Positions 51,250 through 62,597 of a stretch of 64,000 bases of DNA are shown in pieces; position 1 is the first letter of the stretch, and each line of letters opens with the position of its first letter. The position numbers and the translations under genes were made by a program. The stretch covers positions 5,422 through 69,421 of the forward strand of contig JAVBQL010000021.1 of NCBI GenBank assembly GCA_031549085.1, in the 5' to 3' direction. Under the pieces are notes generated by a model, which was given only the letters and a program-made list of their open reading frames with translations, searched no databases and was not told the DNA's origin. The DNA is from Spirochaetota bacterium. GTDB taxonomy: Bacteria; Spirochaetota; GWE2-31-10; MWDO01.

Positions 51250-52170
51250 GTGAAAGTATCAAATAGCATTGTTGAATTAATAGGTAGAACCCCTCTAGTT
51301 AGAATAAATAATCTATTTAAAAAATTTGATGTAACTGTTTTGGCTAAATTGGAGTCTTTCAATCCATTGTCAAGTGTCAAAGATAGGGTAGCACTCTCAA
51401 TGATTGAAGATGCAGAGCAAAAAGGTAAAATAGATAGAGATACAATTATAATTGAACCAACAAGTGGAAATACTGGTATAGGACTTGCTTATGTATGTGC
51501 TATAAAAGGGTATAGACTTATAATTACTATGCCAGAGACAATGAGTATTGAAAGACGAAAGCTTTTGGAAATTTTTGGAGCTGAGATTATTTTGACTGAT
51601 GGCTCTAAGGGTATGAGGGGAGCAATTGAGGAGGCTAATGAGATAGCTTCTAAACATAAAAATAGCTTTATTCCACAGCAATTTTCAAATATGGCAAATG
51701 TAGAGGCCCATAGAAAAACAACTGCTTTAGAAATATGGGATGATACTGATGGTGCTATTGATATCTTTGTTGCTGGTGTTGGTACAGGTGGCACTATTAC
51801 CGGTGTTGGAGAGGTTTTAAAAAATAAAAAACCTTCAGTAAAGATTGTTGCTGTTGAACCTAGATCTTCACCAGTGCTTTCAGGTGGTGAGGCTGCTTCT
51901 CATAAAATACAGGGAATTGGGGCTGGTTTTATTCCAGATATATTAAATAGAGATATTATTGATGAAATTATTACTGTGTCAGATGAAGATGCTTTTGGTT
52001 TTTCAAAAGCTCTAGCAAAAAATGAGGGAATATTAGCAGGAATCTCCTCTGGAGCAGCACTAGCAGCACTATTTAATATTGCTTCAAAACCAGAAAATAG
52101 AGGAAAAACTATAGTTGTGCTTCTGCCTGATACAGGAGAGCGATATATTTCGACGAATCTTTTTAGTTAG
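51250..52170 (+). CDS. cysK: Cysteine synthase A
   Basis: [36 protein letters not shown]; GTG start. Confidence 0.97.
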   Translation: MKVSNSIVELIGRTPLVRINNLFKKFDVTVLAKLESFNPLSSVKDRVALSMIEDAEQKGKIDRDTIIIEPTSGNTGIGLAYVCAIKGYRLIITMPETMSIERRKLLEIFGAEIILTDGSKGMRGAIEEANEIASKHKNSFIPQQFSNMANVEAHRKTTALEIWDDTDGAIDIFVAGVGTGGTITGVGEVLKNKKPSVKIVAVEPRSSPVLSGGEAASHKIQGIGAGFIPDILNRDIIDEIITVSDEDAFGFSKALAKNEGILAGISSGAALAALFNIASKPENRGKTIVVLLPDTGERYISTNLFS

Positions 52171-52202
52171 TATCTTACAAAAGGTTAATGTTGGGAGGAA
52201 TT

Positions 52203-52592
52203 ATGGAAAAAAGTGAAAAATTTAATTCTATTGATGAATATATTTCACAATTTCCAGACGAAACAAAAAAGATACTCGAAACATTGAGGAAAACTATAAG
52301 AGATATAGCAAAAGATGCTAAAGAGAAGATAAGTTATAGTATGCCAACATTTTTTTTAAATGGCAATCTTGTTCACTTTGCAGCCTATAAAAAACATATA
52401 GGGTTCTATCCGGGAAGTGAGGCAATTAAAGTGTTTAAAGATAGATTATCAAATTATAAAATATCAACGGGAACAATTCAGTTTCCCATAGATACGCCAT
52501 TGCCATATGAACTTATAATTGAGATAGTTAAATTTAGAGTCGATGCAAATATTAAAAAAAGAGAAGATAGTTGTATTTTTATAGATAAATAG
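52203..52592 (+). CDS. DUF1801 (YdhG-like) protein
   Basis: IDEYI, ISYSMPTF, HFAAYKKHIGFYP, GTIQFP; ATG at 52203 after GGAGG. Confidence 0.85.
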   Translation: MEKSEKFNSIDEYISQFPDETKKILETLRKTIRDIAKDAKEKISYSMPTFFLNGNLVHFAAYKKHIGFYPGSEAIKVFKDRLSNYKISTGTIQFPIDTPLPYELIIEIVKFRVDANIKKREDSCIFIDK

Positions 52593-52649
52593 TTAAGCTT
52601 TAATAATATAGACTATATATTTTACTTAAATCTTATTTTAGGAGTATTT

Positions 52650-53393
52650 ATGAACATTGCTATTGTTGGTTATGGAAGAATGGGACATCAAATTGAGAGT
52701 GTTCTATTAGAGAAGGGGATTACACCAAAAGTAAAGATAGATAAGTTTAGTAAAGATGCTGACTTTAATAGTGTTGATAGTAGGTCTCTTGCAGGGATTG
52801 ATATTGCTATCGATTTTGCACTTCCAGATGATATAATGGTGAGAGTGGAGCACTATGTCAAAAATGGTGTCTCAGTGGTTATGGGAACTACTGGCTGGTT
52901 TGATAGAATTGATGAAGTTAAAAATATGGTTGGTGAAAAGATTGGTTTTATATGGTCTGGCAATTTCTCAATAGGTGTAAATGTATTTTTTAGATTAGTC
53001 AAGTATGCAAGTTCTATTTTTGACAAACTACCTGACTATGATAAACTTGTCTATGAAATTCATCATAAAGAGAAGAAAGATTCTCCATCAGGTACAGCTC
53101 TAATGATTGGGAATATGATATTAGAAGCAAGTAGTGAAAAAAATAGTATTGTTACAAGTGAACTTAACAGAAAAATAGCAGATAATGAACTTCATGTTGC
53201 TTCAGTTAGAGGAGGCTACTATCCAGGGACACACTCAGTACAATTTGATTCTCTTGCCGATACTATAGAACTAAAACATACAGCTAGAAACAGAGAGGGT
53301 TTTGCCTATGGAGCAGCTCTTGCAAGCAGCTGGCTCTATGGTAAAAAGGGTTTTTTTAATATAGATGATCTTATGAACTCAATTATTCCATAA
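52650..53393 (+). CDS. dapB: 4-hydroxy-tetrahydrodipicolinate reductase
   Basis: GYGRMG, GTTG, NFSIGVN, EIHHKEKKDSPSGTA. Confidence 0.95.
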   Translation: MNIAIVGYGRMGHQIESVLLEKGITPKVKIDKFSKDADFNSVDSRSLAGIDIAIDFALPDDIMVRVEHYVKNGVSVVMGTTGWFDRIDEVKNMVGEKIGFIWSGNFSIGVNVFFRLVKYASSIFDKLPDYDKLVYEIHHKEKKDSPSGTALMIGNMILEASSEKNSIVTSELNRKIADNELHVASVRGGYYPGTHSVQFDSLADTIELKHTARNREGFAYGAALASSWLYGKKGFFNIDDLMNSIIP

Positions 53394-53414
53394 GATAATT
53401 TTTAGGAGATAATT

Positions 53415-53717
53415 ATGATAAAGCATATTGTTATGTGGAAAATTAAAGATTTTTATAATGGACAAAAGAGAGATGATATTCTTAAAAAAATAAAATATGA
53501 ATTGGAGGCTCTCCCTCCAAAAGTAAAAGAGATAAAACTTTTTGAGGTTGGAATAAATTTTAATGAGAAAGATTTTGCATATGATATAGTTTTATATAGT
53601 GAATTCAATTCAAAAGAAGATCTTGACTCATATCAAATCAATCCACTGCATAGAGAGGTTGATAGTTTTCTCTCTGAAGTTCGTTTAGAGCGCCATGTTG
53701 TTGACTATGAAGTTTAA
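53415..53717 (+). CDS. Dabb (stress-responsive alpha/beta barrel) protein
   Basis: MIKHIVMWK, F.S.EDL..YQ..P.H, VVDY. Confidence 0.9.
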   Translation: MIKHIVMWKIKDFYNGQKRDDILKKIKYELEALPPKVKEIKLFEVGINFNEKDFAYDIVLYSEFNSKEDLDSYQINPLHREVDSFLSEVRLERHVVDYEV

Positions 53718-53754
53718 TTGAAATAGAATAGATATAGTTATTAATAAGATTATA

Positions 53755-54318
53755 TTAGTTTTTATTTTTATCTAAATAATTTTTTCCAAGCATGACAGAC
53801 ATTAATGCTAAAGAATTATCGATAAGATTTGACTCTAATTCTATTGATTTGAAGACCTCATCTTTTGTTTTGAGAACTACCTCTATCTCTTCTGTCTCAT
53901 CAAAATCTGTATTTTCTGTCTTTTTACAATTTAAAGCAATAAAAAAGTAACAAATATTATTTTGTATGGCAGGGTTTACTTGAATTTGTTTTACTAGTTT
54001 TACATTATTTGAAGTATAACCAGTCTCTTCCTTTAATTCTCTTATAGCGGCATCTTTTGGATCTTCATTTTCATCAATACCACCAGCAGGAACTTCAAGT
54101 GTAACAACATCTCTTCCAAGTCTGTGTTGTTTTACAAGTATAACTCTATTATCATCAGTAACTGCAAATATATTAACCCAACTTCTTAAATGGATGGAAT
54201 AGAAGTATGACTCTAAAGATTTTGATGGCAGAAATGTATCAAGTTTAAATATTGAAAAGATTCTATTTTTATACTCTTCTTTTATATTTTTAATTTCCCA
54301 TTGCTTATCTTTATTCAT
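53755..54318 (-). CDS. NUDIX hydrolase (ADP-ribose pyrophosphatase-like)
   Basis: Nudix box GGIDENEDPKDAAIRELKEETG. Confidence 0.92.
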   Translation of the reverse strand: MNKDKQWEIKNIKEEYKNRIFSIFKLDTFLPSKSLESYFYSIHLRSWVNIFAVTDDNRVILVKQHRLGRDVVTLEVPAGGIDENEDPKDAAIRELKEETGYTSNNVKLVKQIQVNPAIQNNICYFFIALNCKKTENTDFDETEEIEVVLKTKDEVFKSIELESNLIDNSLALMSVMLGKNYLDKNKN

Positions 54319-54327
54319 ATATACCTA

Positions 54328-55902
54328 TTATTTTGTTGCATCTTTTGCATAAACTTTCATAACAGTTAAGAAACTTGCTGTCTTTTTTAGATATGTATTA
54401 AATTCAACATCAAATTCCTCTGGAAATTCCCACTTAATTTTATGAAAATTTGTAACAATTCTGGGTGGTTTTTGAGTATAGTCATCTAGTAGAATGTTTA
54501 GTTTATTTACAAGATTAGAAAAAATAGAGACAGATTCAACTATGATATCCAACGCTGCACTATCTATCATATTTACTGCTCTATTTGCAACATTTATTTT
54601 TTGGTCCTGTTTTACAACGACCATAACTTTTCTAACCTCTCTTCCATAGATGTCATCATCTGCACATTTATTATCAAACTCTAAAACTTTTTCAGTTATT
54701 TTATTGAAACTCTCCAGTAGTTCAGAGTATTCAGTGGACTCTTCATTTGTTACCCATGTACCCTTTATGATTAGCATGTCTACTCTTGGTTTAATCTCAC
54801 CCTTACATATATCTAGCAGAAATGCTTTTAAAAAGTTCATTGGTTCTATATACTTAAAAGATTCAGCTAATCCTCTTGAAGTTATCATATCATCAAGTCT
54901 TGCAGTATAATTTTTCAGCCTAATTATATTAGATGTCCCAAATATATCTAGCAAAATGGCATTTACTTTCTCTTTATTTATGATATTGATTACATTTTGA
55001 ATATTCCCTTGTATTTCTTGTTGAAAACCCTTTAGATACTCTTGAACAATCTTTGAATCAGATTTAAAGATTTTTGGCTTAAAATATGGCTCTTTTGTAA
55101 CTAGCTTTACTAACTTCAAAAAGTTATCATCTTTTTTAACACCCTTAAACATAGCAATCAATTTTTTTAAATACTCTGAAAGTCCATTTCCTTCAGAAAA
55201 ACTGTTAAGATAGGTATAAATGTTTTTGAAATCACTATTAAAGTCAATTGAATATAGGTAGTCGTTTATTGATATAATATCTTCAGATACATATTTATCA
55301 GTAATTGCTTCAAATTTTGGTTTATAATTAGAGCTTCCCTCAGTGATTGATTGATCAAATTTATGTACCATAATATACCAGTCATAGTTAATCAAGTTAG
55401 ATAGATCCATTATAAGATTATATGCTTGGTTAATCTGTCTAACAAGCTCTGAATCAAATGAAGATATATAGGCTGATATTGTTTTTTTTATATCCTCTAT
55501 TACTTTTTTTCTATCTTTCGATTCTCTTATCTTCTTTTCTAGGGTCATAATATCTAAACTATTTTTTAACTCAATCTGCTTTTTTGTAGAAAAAACTTCG
55601 AGCAATATATTCTTTATAGTACCAGCACCCTTTTTTACGTTGAATGGGTCTTTTAGTGGCATAGAGTTTTTGTATATATCATATAAAAACTGGCCAAATT
55701 CTGGAGTAACCAGCTCTTTTTTGAAGTTGTAAAATTTATATTTTGAACTGCCTAAAGACTTATTTATCTCTTTTAGTTTGTTTTGTTTTATTCTTTCATC
55801 AGAGTTTCCACCGCCAAAAAGACTCAATATTTTTTGTATAAAAGAGAGTTCTCCAGAGCTATTGCTAGCTCCCTTTCCTTTGCCTAAGTTTTTGTCTGAC
55901 AT
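54328..55902 (-). CDS. Spirochaete-conserved protein (DUF5312-like)
   Basis: F..KI.SLF...ERIKQ.KLK.I.K.L...KYKFY N-terminus and length resemble this family, recalled from memory rather than searched. Confidence 0.6.
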   Translation of the reverse strand: MSDKNLGKGKGASNSSGELSFIQKILSLFGGGNSDERIKQNKLKEINKSLGSSKYKFYNFKKELVTPEFGQFLYDIYKNSMPLKDPFNVKKGAGTIKNILLEVFSTKKQIELKNSLDIMTLEKKIRESKDRKKVIEDIKKTISAYISSFDSELVRQINQAYNLIMDLSNLINYDWYIMVHKFDQSITEGSSNYKPKFEAITDKYVSEDIISINDYLYSIDFNSDFKNIYTYLNSFSEGNGLSEYLKKLIAMFKGVKKDDNFLKLVKLVTKEPYFKPKIFKSDSKIVQEYLKGFQQEIQGNIQNVINIINKEKVNAILLDIFGTSNIIRLKNYTARLDDMITSRGLAESFKYIEPMNFLKAFLLDICKGEIKPRVDMLIIKGTWVTNEESTEYSELLESFNKITEKVLEFDNKCADDDIYGREVRKVMVVVKQDQKINVANRAVNMIDSAALDIIVESVSIFSNLVNKLNILLDDYTQKPPRIVTNFHKIKWEFPEEFDVEFNTYLKKTASFLTVMKVYAKDATK

Positions 55903-56045
55903 TATTTACCCCACCATATTAATTACGATATGACTACTTTCTTCTATAATAATTTTTTAATAAAATCAATGTTTTTAAAATCAATATTTTTTGTTTTAGG
56001 AATTAAGCTTAAGAAAACAAAAAAATCTATTGTTTTAAAATAATT

Positions 56046-57248
56046 TTATTTCAACTCTTTTAGTTTATTCTCTATTTTCACAATCTTTTTTTGATTTTTT
56101 TGGGAAACTGCTATTTTTAATCCAGTTTCGAGATAATCTATATTGTTACTATCTGCCTCAATAGCATAATCATTTAACATCTCTGCATATTCTATATGGT
56201 TCTCTTTTAATAAAATATCAGCATATTGATTGTATGATATAGTCCAGCTAGTTTTTAATGATATTGCACGATATAGATACTCTTTTGTTTTTTCTAGATC
56301 GCCATCTTTTTCTAAGATAGCAAGCAAACTAAAGTATTCGCCACAATTTGGATCTCTTTTATTTACTTCATCCATTATATATTTTGCATAGTCCAAGTTA
56401 TTTTCTTTGTAATAGAGAAAAGAGGTCACAATTAATAAATTTATATTATCATCACTACTTTTTTTATATTTGGTTATTAAGTTTAAAGCCTCACTTAATC
56501 CACTATTACTATATGTAAGATATATCTCTTTTATAGCCTCTCTCATTGCGGCTTTTTCTAAAAGCATAGAGTTAAACATAGATTCATTTATTACAGATTT
56601 ATTTGTTGTTGGGTCACTTTGAAAAGAGCCATATAGGTTTTTCTCTTGAATTATTGTACCACCTGCTGTTGCTATATACTCCACATCTCTTGAAAATCCA
56701 TAACCATACTCTTTGTACTCTGCTGTCTCTTTTATATCTATTTGACTCTTTTTTACATAGATAGTCTTATAACTAAGATACTCTTTTTTGTTTATTGACA
56801 TAGGTTCAAAACTATCATATGTTGGAATAACTATTGATGAATCAACATTACACTTGTATTTAAAGTGGCCTAAATTGTAATCTCCAGTTTTATTAAGCTC
56901 AAAAGTATAATATGAGTAGGTAAACATTCTAAACATATATTTATCAGCTTTATATATTCCTGTCCAAAACCCTACCCTATATTCTCCAAGCGGTAGATTT
57001 TTTATATGAAAAATATTGTCAGAATCATACTCCATCTTATACCACTCAAAGGTCTTAAGGTTTTGAATATAAAATAGTTCTGGTATTGTATCAGATTGGT
57101 TTCGAATTGTATAAAAGAATTTTAAAGCTATATTTGCACTTTTGTATGCAGGTTTAAATATTTTTTCTATGTTATGTTTGGTTGTAGCACAAGAAAACAA
57201 AAGAAAAGCTAAAAAAAATATTATATAATAGTGACATTTTTTTAGCAT
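56046..57248 (-). CDS. Hypothetical lipoprotein with C-terminal TPR-like helices
   Basis: ATG at 57248 after AGGAG; lipobox LFSC. The longer ORF start overlaps hisF and is unlikely. Confidence 0.7.
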   Translation of the reverse strand: MLKKCHYYIIFFLAFLLFSCATTKHNIEKIFKPAYKSANIALKFFYTIRNQSDTIPELFYIQNLKTFEWYKMEYDSDNIFHIKNLPLGEYRVGFWTGIYKADKYMFRMFTYSYYTFELNKTGDYNLGHFKYKCNVDSSIVIPTYDSFEPMSINKKEYLSYKTIYVKKSQIDIKETAEYKEYGYGFSRDVEYIATAGGTIIQEKNLYGSFQSDPTTNKSVINESMFNSMLLEKAAMREAIKEIYLTYSNSGLSEALNLITKYKKSSDDNINLLIVTSFLYYKENNLDYAKYIMDEVNKRDPNCGEYFSLLAILEKDGDLEKTKEYLYRAISLKTSWTISYNQYADILLKENHIEYAEMLNDYAIEADSNNIDYLETGLKIAVSQKNQKKIVKIENKLKELK

Positions 57249-57357
57249 ATCCCATATTTCTCCTAAAAATGTTAAAAAATTACTTAAAAAAATTTTGTCA
57301 AAAAAAGAATAATATCTTATTATACATTTAAATCTTTTTTTGTAAAGGAATATATTT

Positions 57358-58110
57358 ATGAAAGCAGTAAAAATTATACCTTGCCTAGACACAAAAGATG
57401 GTAAAGTAGTAAAGGGGATTAATTTTACAGGTCTTAAGGAGATTGGAGATCCTGTAGAGATGGCGAAGAAGTACAATAGCGAGGGTGCTGATGAATTAGT
57501 ACTACTCGACACGACTGCAAGTCTTGATAATCATGATTTAATGTTTAAAATGGTTAAAGATGTTAAATCTGTTATAAGCATTCCTCTTATAGTCGGTGGT
57601 GGTATAAAATCACTTGATGATGCCTCAAATATGTTTAAAGCTGGAGCTGATAAAATATCCATAGGTACTGCTGGTGTAAAGAATGCTAATTTTGTGAAAG
57701 AGGTTGTGAAAAAATTTGGTGGTGATAAAATTATAATAGCTATGGACTCTAAGACTGTAGATGGAAAAGATAAGGTTGTTATCTATGGTGGAAACGAAGT
57801 TACAGATTTGGATCTGATTGAGTGGGCAAAAGAGGTAGAGAAGATAGGGGTTGGAGCTATATTATTAACAAGCTGGAATAAAGATGGAACTAAAGAGGGC
57901 TTTGATGATGATCAGTTAAGAAGGGTTGCTGAGGCTGTATCAATTCCAGTAATTGCTTCAGGCGGAGCAGGTAAAATTGAAGATTTTGTATCTGCTGTAA
58001 AAGATGGGAAAGCCTCATCTCTTCTCGCTGCAAGTGTTTTTCACTATGATGAGATAAAAATTAAAGACTTAAAGAAAGCTTTGGCTAAAGAGGGAATAGA
58101 GGTTATTTAA
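57358..58110 (+). CDS. hisF: Imidazole glycerol phosphate synthase cyclase subunit
   Basis: IIPCLD, VVKG, GDPVE, GADEL, VGGGI, DGTKEGFD, ASGGAG, LAASVFH. Confidence 0.96.
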   Translation: MKAVKIIPCLDTKDGKVVKGINFTGLKEIGDPVEMAKKYNSEGADELVLLDTTASLDNHDLMFKMVKDVKSVISIPLIVGGGIKSLDDASNMFKAGADKISIGTAGVKNANFVKEVVKKFGGDKIIIAMDSKTVDGKDKVVIYGGNEVTDLDLIEWAKEVEKIGVGAILLTSWNKDGTKEGFDDDQLRRVAEAVSIPVIASGGAGKIEDFVSAVKDGKASSLLAASVFHYDEIKIKDLKKALAKEGIEVI

Positions 58111-58383
58111 TCTATTTTCTTAAAATAGCCATAAAACTTGTACTGTTTTTTTGTTTACTTTGTATAAAAGTTTGATATTAAATGCGTTTCAAAAGATTGA
58201 AAAAAAGATAAAAATATGTTACTCTTTTTGACAATTCTAAATTGTGTTGTTCTTTTGAGTATTTGTGCTTTTAGTTTAAGCACATTAAAATGTTGTTGTT
58301 AAAAAGTGTTTTCTTCATTTTAAATAACTTTCTTTGTCATATTTAGAATTAAACCTTTCTTGAAAGTCTATTAGGAGTGGATT

Positions 58384-61300
58384 ATGCCTCTTTATAAAGA
58401 TGTTAAAAAGGTATTAGTGATTGGGTCTGGCCCTATTGTTATAGGACAGGCAGCTGAGTTTGATTATGCTGGAACTCAGGCGTGCAAATCATTAAAAGAG
58501 GAGGGTGTCTCCGTTGTTTTAGTCAATTCAAATCCAGCGACAATAATGACAGATCTTAATATGGCTGATAGAATCTACCTTGAGCCATTGAATATAGCAT
58601 TTATTGAGAAAATTATCGAAAAAGAGAGACCTGATAGTATCCTTCCAACATTAGGGGGACAGACTGGTCTTAATTTGGCTGTTGAATTGAGTGAATTGGG
58701 AATTCTAGACAAATATAATGTAAGACTTTTGGGAACATCTTTGACAGCAATAAAAGAGGCTGAGGATAGAGAGCTCTTTAAACAGCTTATGGAACGTATT
58801 AATGAGCCAATACCTCCAAGCAAAACTGTTAATAGCATGGAGGAGGCCATCTCCTTTGTAAAAGAGATAGGTTTTCCTGTTATTATAAGACCAGCCTATA
58901 CACTTGGAGGTTTAGGTGGCGGTATTGCTGAAAACTTAGAGCAGTTTATAAATATTGCAACAGTTGGTTTTAAAAACTCAAGAATAAGTCAGATTTTGAT
59001 AGAAAAATCTGTTGCAGGCTGGAAAGAGATTGAATATGAAGTATTGAGAGACTCTAATGACACTGCTATAATAGTTTGTACAATGGAGAATGTTGATCCT
59101 GTTGGAATTCACACAGGGGATAGTATAGTTGTTGCACCTGTTCAAACAATAACAACAGAAGAGAACGACATGCTTAAGCGTGCATCAATTAAGATCATAA
59201 AGGCTCTGAAGATTGAGGGTGGATGTAATGTTCAGTTTGCACTGCATCCAGATACTGGTGAGTATATAGTAATTGAAGTAAACCCTAGGGTTTCACGATC
59301 ATCAGCCTTGGCTTCAAAAGCAACAGGTTATCCAATTGCTCGTGTCTCATCAAAGATTGCTTTAGGGCTTCACCTCTCAGAGATAGAAAATAGTTTAACA
59401 AAGTGTACAATGGCTTGTGTAGAGCCTGCCATAGACTATATTGTTTTAAAGCTTCCTCGCTGGCCATTTGATAAGTTTATATCAGCAGATAGGTCAATAG
59501 GCACACAGATGAAGGCAACTGGTGAAGTTATGGCGATTGATAGGACTTTTGAGGGGGCTATGCAGAAGGCTCTTCGCTCTCTTGAGATAAAAGTTGATGG
59601 GCCATTTATGAAAGAGCTAGCCACTATGAATGTAGACCAATTGGTGGCCTACCTGAAATTTCCAGATGATAGAAGGCTTTTTGTGATATTTGAACTTTTG
59701 GCTAGAAACTATCCTATTGGAAAGATTGTTAATGAGACTGGAATAAATTTCTTTTTTATCAAAAAATTTGAAAATATTGTTAACTTGGCAAAAGAGGCAA
59801 AAGAGAAGATATCAAAAAACTTTATATCTGGTGAGACAGATACTACAGAGGAGATTGTTGAGCTTTTTAAGAAATTAAAACTCTATGGATTTTCAGATAC
59901 ATTTCTCTCCTCTCTAATTGGTGTGCCTCATATGCAGTTTAGAGAGTATCGAAAGAGCCTTGGAATCAATCCAGTATATAAGATGGTTGATACATGTGCA
60001 GCAGAGTTCAGTGCCAATACTCCATATTATTACGCTTGTTATGATAAAGAAGATGAATCTATAGTAACAGATAGAAAAAAGGTGGTTGTTTTAGGATCAG
60101 GCCCGATTCGCATTGGGCAAGGTATTGAGTTTGACTACTGTTCTGTCCATAGTGTCTGGGGCTTGAAAGAGGAAGATATTGAAGCTATAATAATTAACAA
60201 CAACCCTGAGACTGTAAGTACAGATTTTGATACCTCTGATAAACTCTACTTTGAACCTTTAAACATAGAAGATGTATTGAATATAATAGATAAAGAGAAC
60301 CCTTATGGGGTTATAATTCAGGTTGGTGGACAGACTGCTATAAATCTTGGAAAGTATCTGCTTGAAGCTAATGTAAATATTTTGGGAACTAGCTTTGATT
60401 CTGTGGATATAGCGGAGGATAGAAAGAGATTTAATGAACTTATCTACTCTTTAAGAATTGAGCAGCCTGAGGGAAAGACAGTTTATACATTTGATGAGGC
60501 TTTGGGGTTTGCTAATAAATTGAGCTACCCTCTTCTTGTAAGACCATCATATGTAATTGGTGGACAATCTATGGAGATTGTTTATGATGATAATGCGCTG
60601 TTTCAATATATAAGACTTGCAACAAAAGAGAGCCCTGAACATCCAATATTGGTAGATCAATATTTGGTTGGTAAAGAGGTTGATGTTGATGCCATATGTG
60701 ATGGAGATGATGTCTTTATCCCAGGTATATTTGAGCAGCTTGAGAGAGCTGGTGTTCACAGTGGTGACTCTATGGCAATATTCCCTCCAACCTCTCTCTC
60801 TCAAAGTGAGATAGATAAGCTTGTTGAGTATACAATAAAGATAGGAAGGGCACTGAAGATTGTTGGCTTAATGAATATTCAGTATGTTATATCAAAAGGT
60901 AAGGTATACTGTATAGAGGTAAACCCCCGTGCCAGCAGAACAGTTCCTATTATTAGTAAAGTTACAAATGTTGAGATGGTGAAAATTGCAACAAAGATTA
61001 TGGTTGGTAAGAAACTAAAGGATTTTGGATTAACATCAGGTCTTATGAAAACTCCAGATTTTTATAGTATCAAAGCTCCAGTCTTCTCATTTGAGAAATT
61101 AAAGCTTGTTGAGACAAGTTTGGGACCTGAAATGAAATCTACTGGTGAGGTTTTGGGTGTTGCAAAAGATAGAGCAACAGCTCTATACAAATCAATGGTT
61201 GCAGCAGGTATGAAGATTCAAAATAGTGGAAATGTTCTTTTATCCTTTGCAGATAAAGATAAGGAAGAGTCAATAGAGATAGCACAGAAATTTTATGATA

Positions 61301-61632
61301 TGGGATTCAAACTTTTTGGAACAAGAGATTCTGCCTCTTTTATAAGACAACATAATATTAGCATAGAGTTTGCTGATATTGGAGATAACCCTACTCAAAA
61401 TTCTCTTTATGAGTTTATGAAGAACAATAAGATCACACTTGTTGTCAATACACCAACAGAAGGTAAGAAGAGCAATAAGATAGGTTTTAAAATAAGACGA
61501 GTATCTGTTGAATATAAAATACCTTGTATAACCTCAATAGACACAGCTTTAAGTACAATAGCTGCTTTAGAAGAGGAGAGAGTTGGAAGAAATATACAGG
61601 TATCAGCTATCACAGATTTTTTAGCTAAATAG
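58384..61632 (+). CDS. carB: Carbamoyl-phosphate synthase large subunit
   Basis: GSGPIVIGQAAEFDY, duplicated ATP-grasp domains, EVNPR twice, C-terminal MGS domain. Confidence 0.98.
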   Translation: MPLYKDVKKVLVIGSGPIVIGQAAEFDYAGTQACKSLKEEGVSVVLVNSNPATIMTDLNMADRIYLEPLNIAFIEKIIEKERPDSILPTLGGQTGLNLAVELSELGILDKYNVRLLGTSLTAIKEAEDRELFKQLMERINEPIPPSKTVNSMEEAISFVKEIGFPVIIRPAYTLGGLGGGIAENLEQFINIATVGFKNSRISQILIEKSVAGWKEIEYEVLRDSNDTAIIVCTMENVDPVGIHTGDSIVVAPVQTITTEENDMLKRASIKIIKALKIEGGCNVQFALHPDTGEYIVIEVNPRVSRSSALASKATGYPIARVSSKIALGLHLSEIENSLTKCTMACVEPAIDYIVLKLPRWPFDKFISADRSIGTQMKATGEVMAIDRTFEGAMQKALRSLEIKVDGPFMKELATMNVDQLVAYLKFPDDRRLFVIFELLARNYPIGKIVNETGINFFFIKKFENIVNLAKEAKEKISKNFISGETDTTEEIVELFKKLKLYGFSDTFLSSLIGVPHMQFREYRKSLGINPVYKMVDTCAAEFSANTPYYYACYDKEDESIVTDRKKVVVLGSGPIRIGQGIEFDYCSVHSVWGLKEEDIEAIIINNNPETVSTDFDTSDKLYFEPLNIEDVLNIIDKENPYGVIIQVGGQTAINLGKYLLEANVNILGTSFDSVDIAEDRKRFNELIYSLRIEQPEGKTVYTFDEALGFANKLSYPLLVRPSYVIGGQSMEIVYDDNALFQYIRLATKESPEHPILVDQYLVGKEVDVDAICDGDDVFIPGIFEQLERAGVHSGDSMAIFPPTSLSQSEIDKLVEYTIKIGRALKIVGLMNIQYVISKGKVYCIEVNPRASRTVPIISKVTNVEMVKIATKIMVGKKLKDFGLTSGLMKTPDFYSIKAPVFSFEKLKLVETSLGPEMKSTGEVLGVAKDRATALYKSMVAAGMKIQNSGNVLLSFADKDKEESIEIAQKFYDMGFKLFGTRDSASFIRQHNISIEFADIGDNPTQNSLYEFMKNNKITLVVNTPTEGKKSNKIGFKIRRVSVEYKIPCITSIDTALSTIAALEEERVGRNIQVSAITDFLAK

Positions 61633-61644
61633 AGAGAGTTTATA

Positions 61645-61677
61645 GTTAACAGATAACAAGATTAGTTATCTGTTAAC
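61645..61677. terminator. Terminator hairpin between convergent carB and prmC
   Basis: GTTAACAGATAAC...GTTATCTGTTAAC. Confidence 0.75.
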
Positions 61678-62521
61678 CAATTTTTGTTACCAGAAAAGCT
61701 CTGTCAACCCCATTGAGATCATCATAAGTAATTACATTATAACTATCTTTAAATATTTTTATAATCTCCTCTCTTTGGCCTATACCATGTTCAAAAATAA
61801 GCTTTCCATCACTTTTTAAAAACTTATCAGAAAATTGTTTTAACCATCTATAAAATAATAATCCATCTTTTCCAGCAGATAGTGCAATGAATGGGTCTTG
61901 AAGTTTCTTGTTTTTAATAAGCGATATAGTTTCATCTTCACTTATATATGGTGGATTTGAAATTATAAGATCATATTGTACTTTAGGAATGAATGAAAAA
62001 AAGTCCGCACTGATAAGATTTATTCTATTTTCTAACTTATGAAGAAAAATATTTTTTTTAGCAATATATAGTGCTTTTTTACTTATATCTATTGAATCTA
62101 TTGATATATTTGCTATATTTTTTGTAAGAGCAATAGATATTGCCCCACTTCCTGTGCCAACTTCCAGCCCTTTATACTCTCTATTTTTATCTTTTAAATT
62201 ATCTATTGCTATGTTGATTAGAAGTTCTGTCTCTGGTCTAGGAATTAATACATCTTTATTAACAATAATAGGATAGCCATAAAACTCCCAGCTGCCTAAA
62301 AGGGATTGTATATTTCTTGAATTGATTCGTTTTTTTAAAATATTTTCTATTTTTTCTTCTATTATATCATCAATGATTATTTTATCTTTTAGAAGAAGAA
62401 AATCATGATTTTTAAGATTTGTAACAAGTTCAATAATTAGTTTTGCTTCGGTTTTTGGGGATTCTATGTTGTTTGTTGTTAGTCTATTAACTAGTTTTTT
62501 ATAACACTCATTCAAAGTCAT
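61673..62521 (-). CDS. prmC: Release factor glutamine methyltransferase
   Basis: VLIPRPETE, EVGTGSGAI, SNPPYI, EHG. Confidence 0.95.
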   Translation of the reverse strand: MTLNECYKKLVNRLTTNNIESPKTEAKLIIELVTNLKNHDFLLLKDKIIIDDIIEEKIENILKKRINSRNIQSLLGSWEFYGYPIIVNKDVLIPRPETELLINIAIDNLKDKNREYKGLEVGTGSGAISIALTKNIANISIDSIDISKKALYIAKKNIFLHKLENRINLISADFFSFIPKVQYDLIISNPPYISEDETISLIKNKKLQDPFIALSAGKDGLLFYRWLKQFSDKFLKSDGKLIFEHGIGQREEIIKIFKDSYNVITYDDLNGVDRAFLVTKIG

Positions 62522-62597
62522 AATCTATAATCTTGTATTTAATTTCTTATGTTATTCATTTATCTAAAAGAAAAATTTGCTACTTTATGCTATATTT

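Noticed and set aside
57249-57512. Long N-terminal part of the 488-aa ORF
   Set aside because: It is antisense to hisF; the real start is ATG at 57248 with an RBS and lipobox.
58110-58383. PyrR attenuator before carB
   Set aside because: Only a small TGTGCTT/AAGCACA hairpin is present, with no PyrR-binding consensus.
178-61613. Numerous short antisense or overlapping ORFs in the ORF track
   Set aside because: They are shadows of well-supported genes, with no RBS or recognisable motifs.
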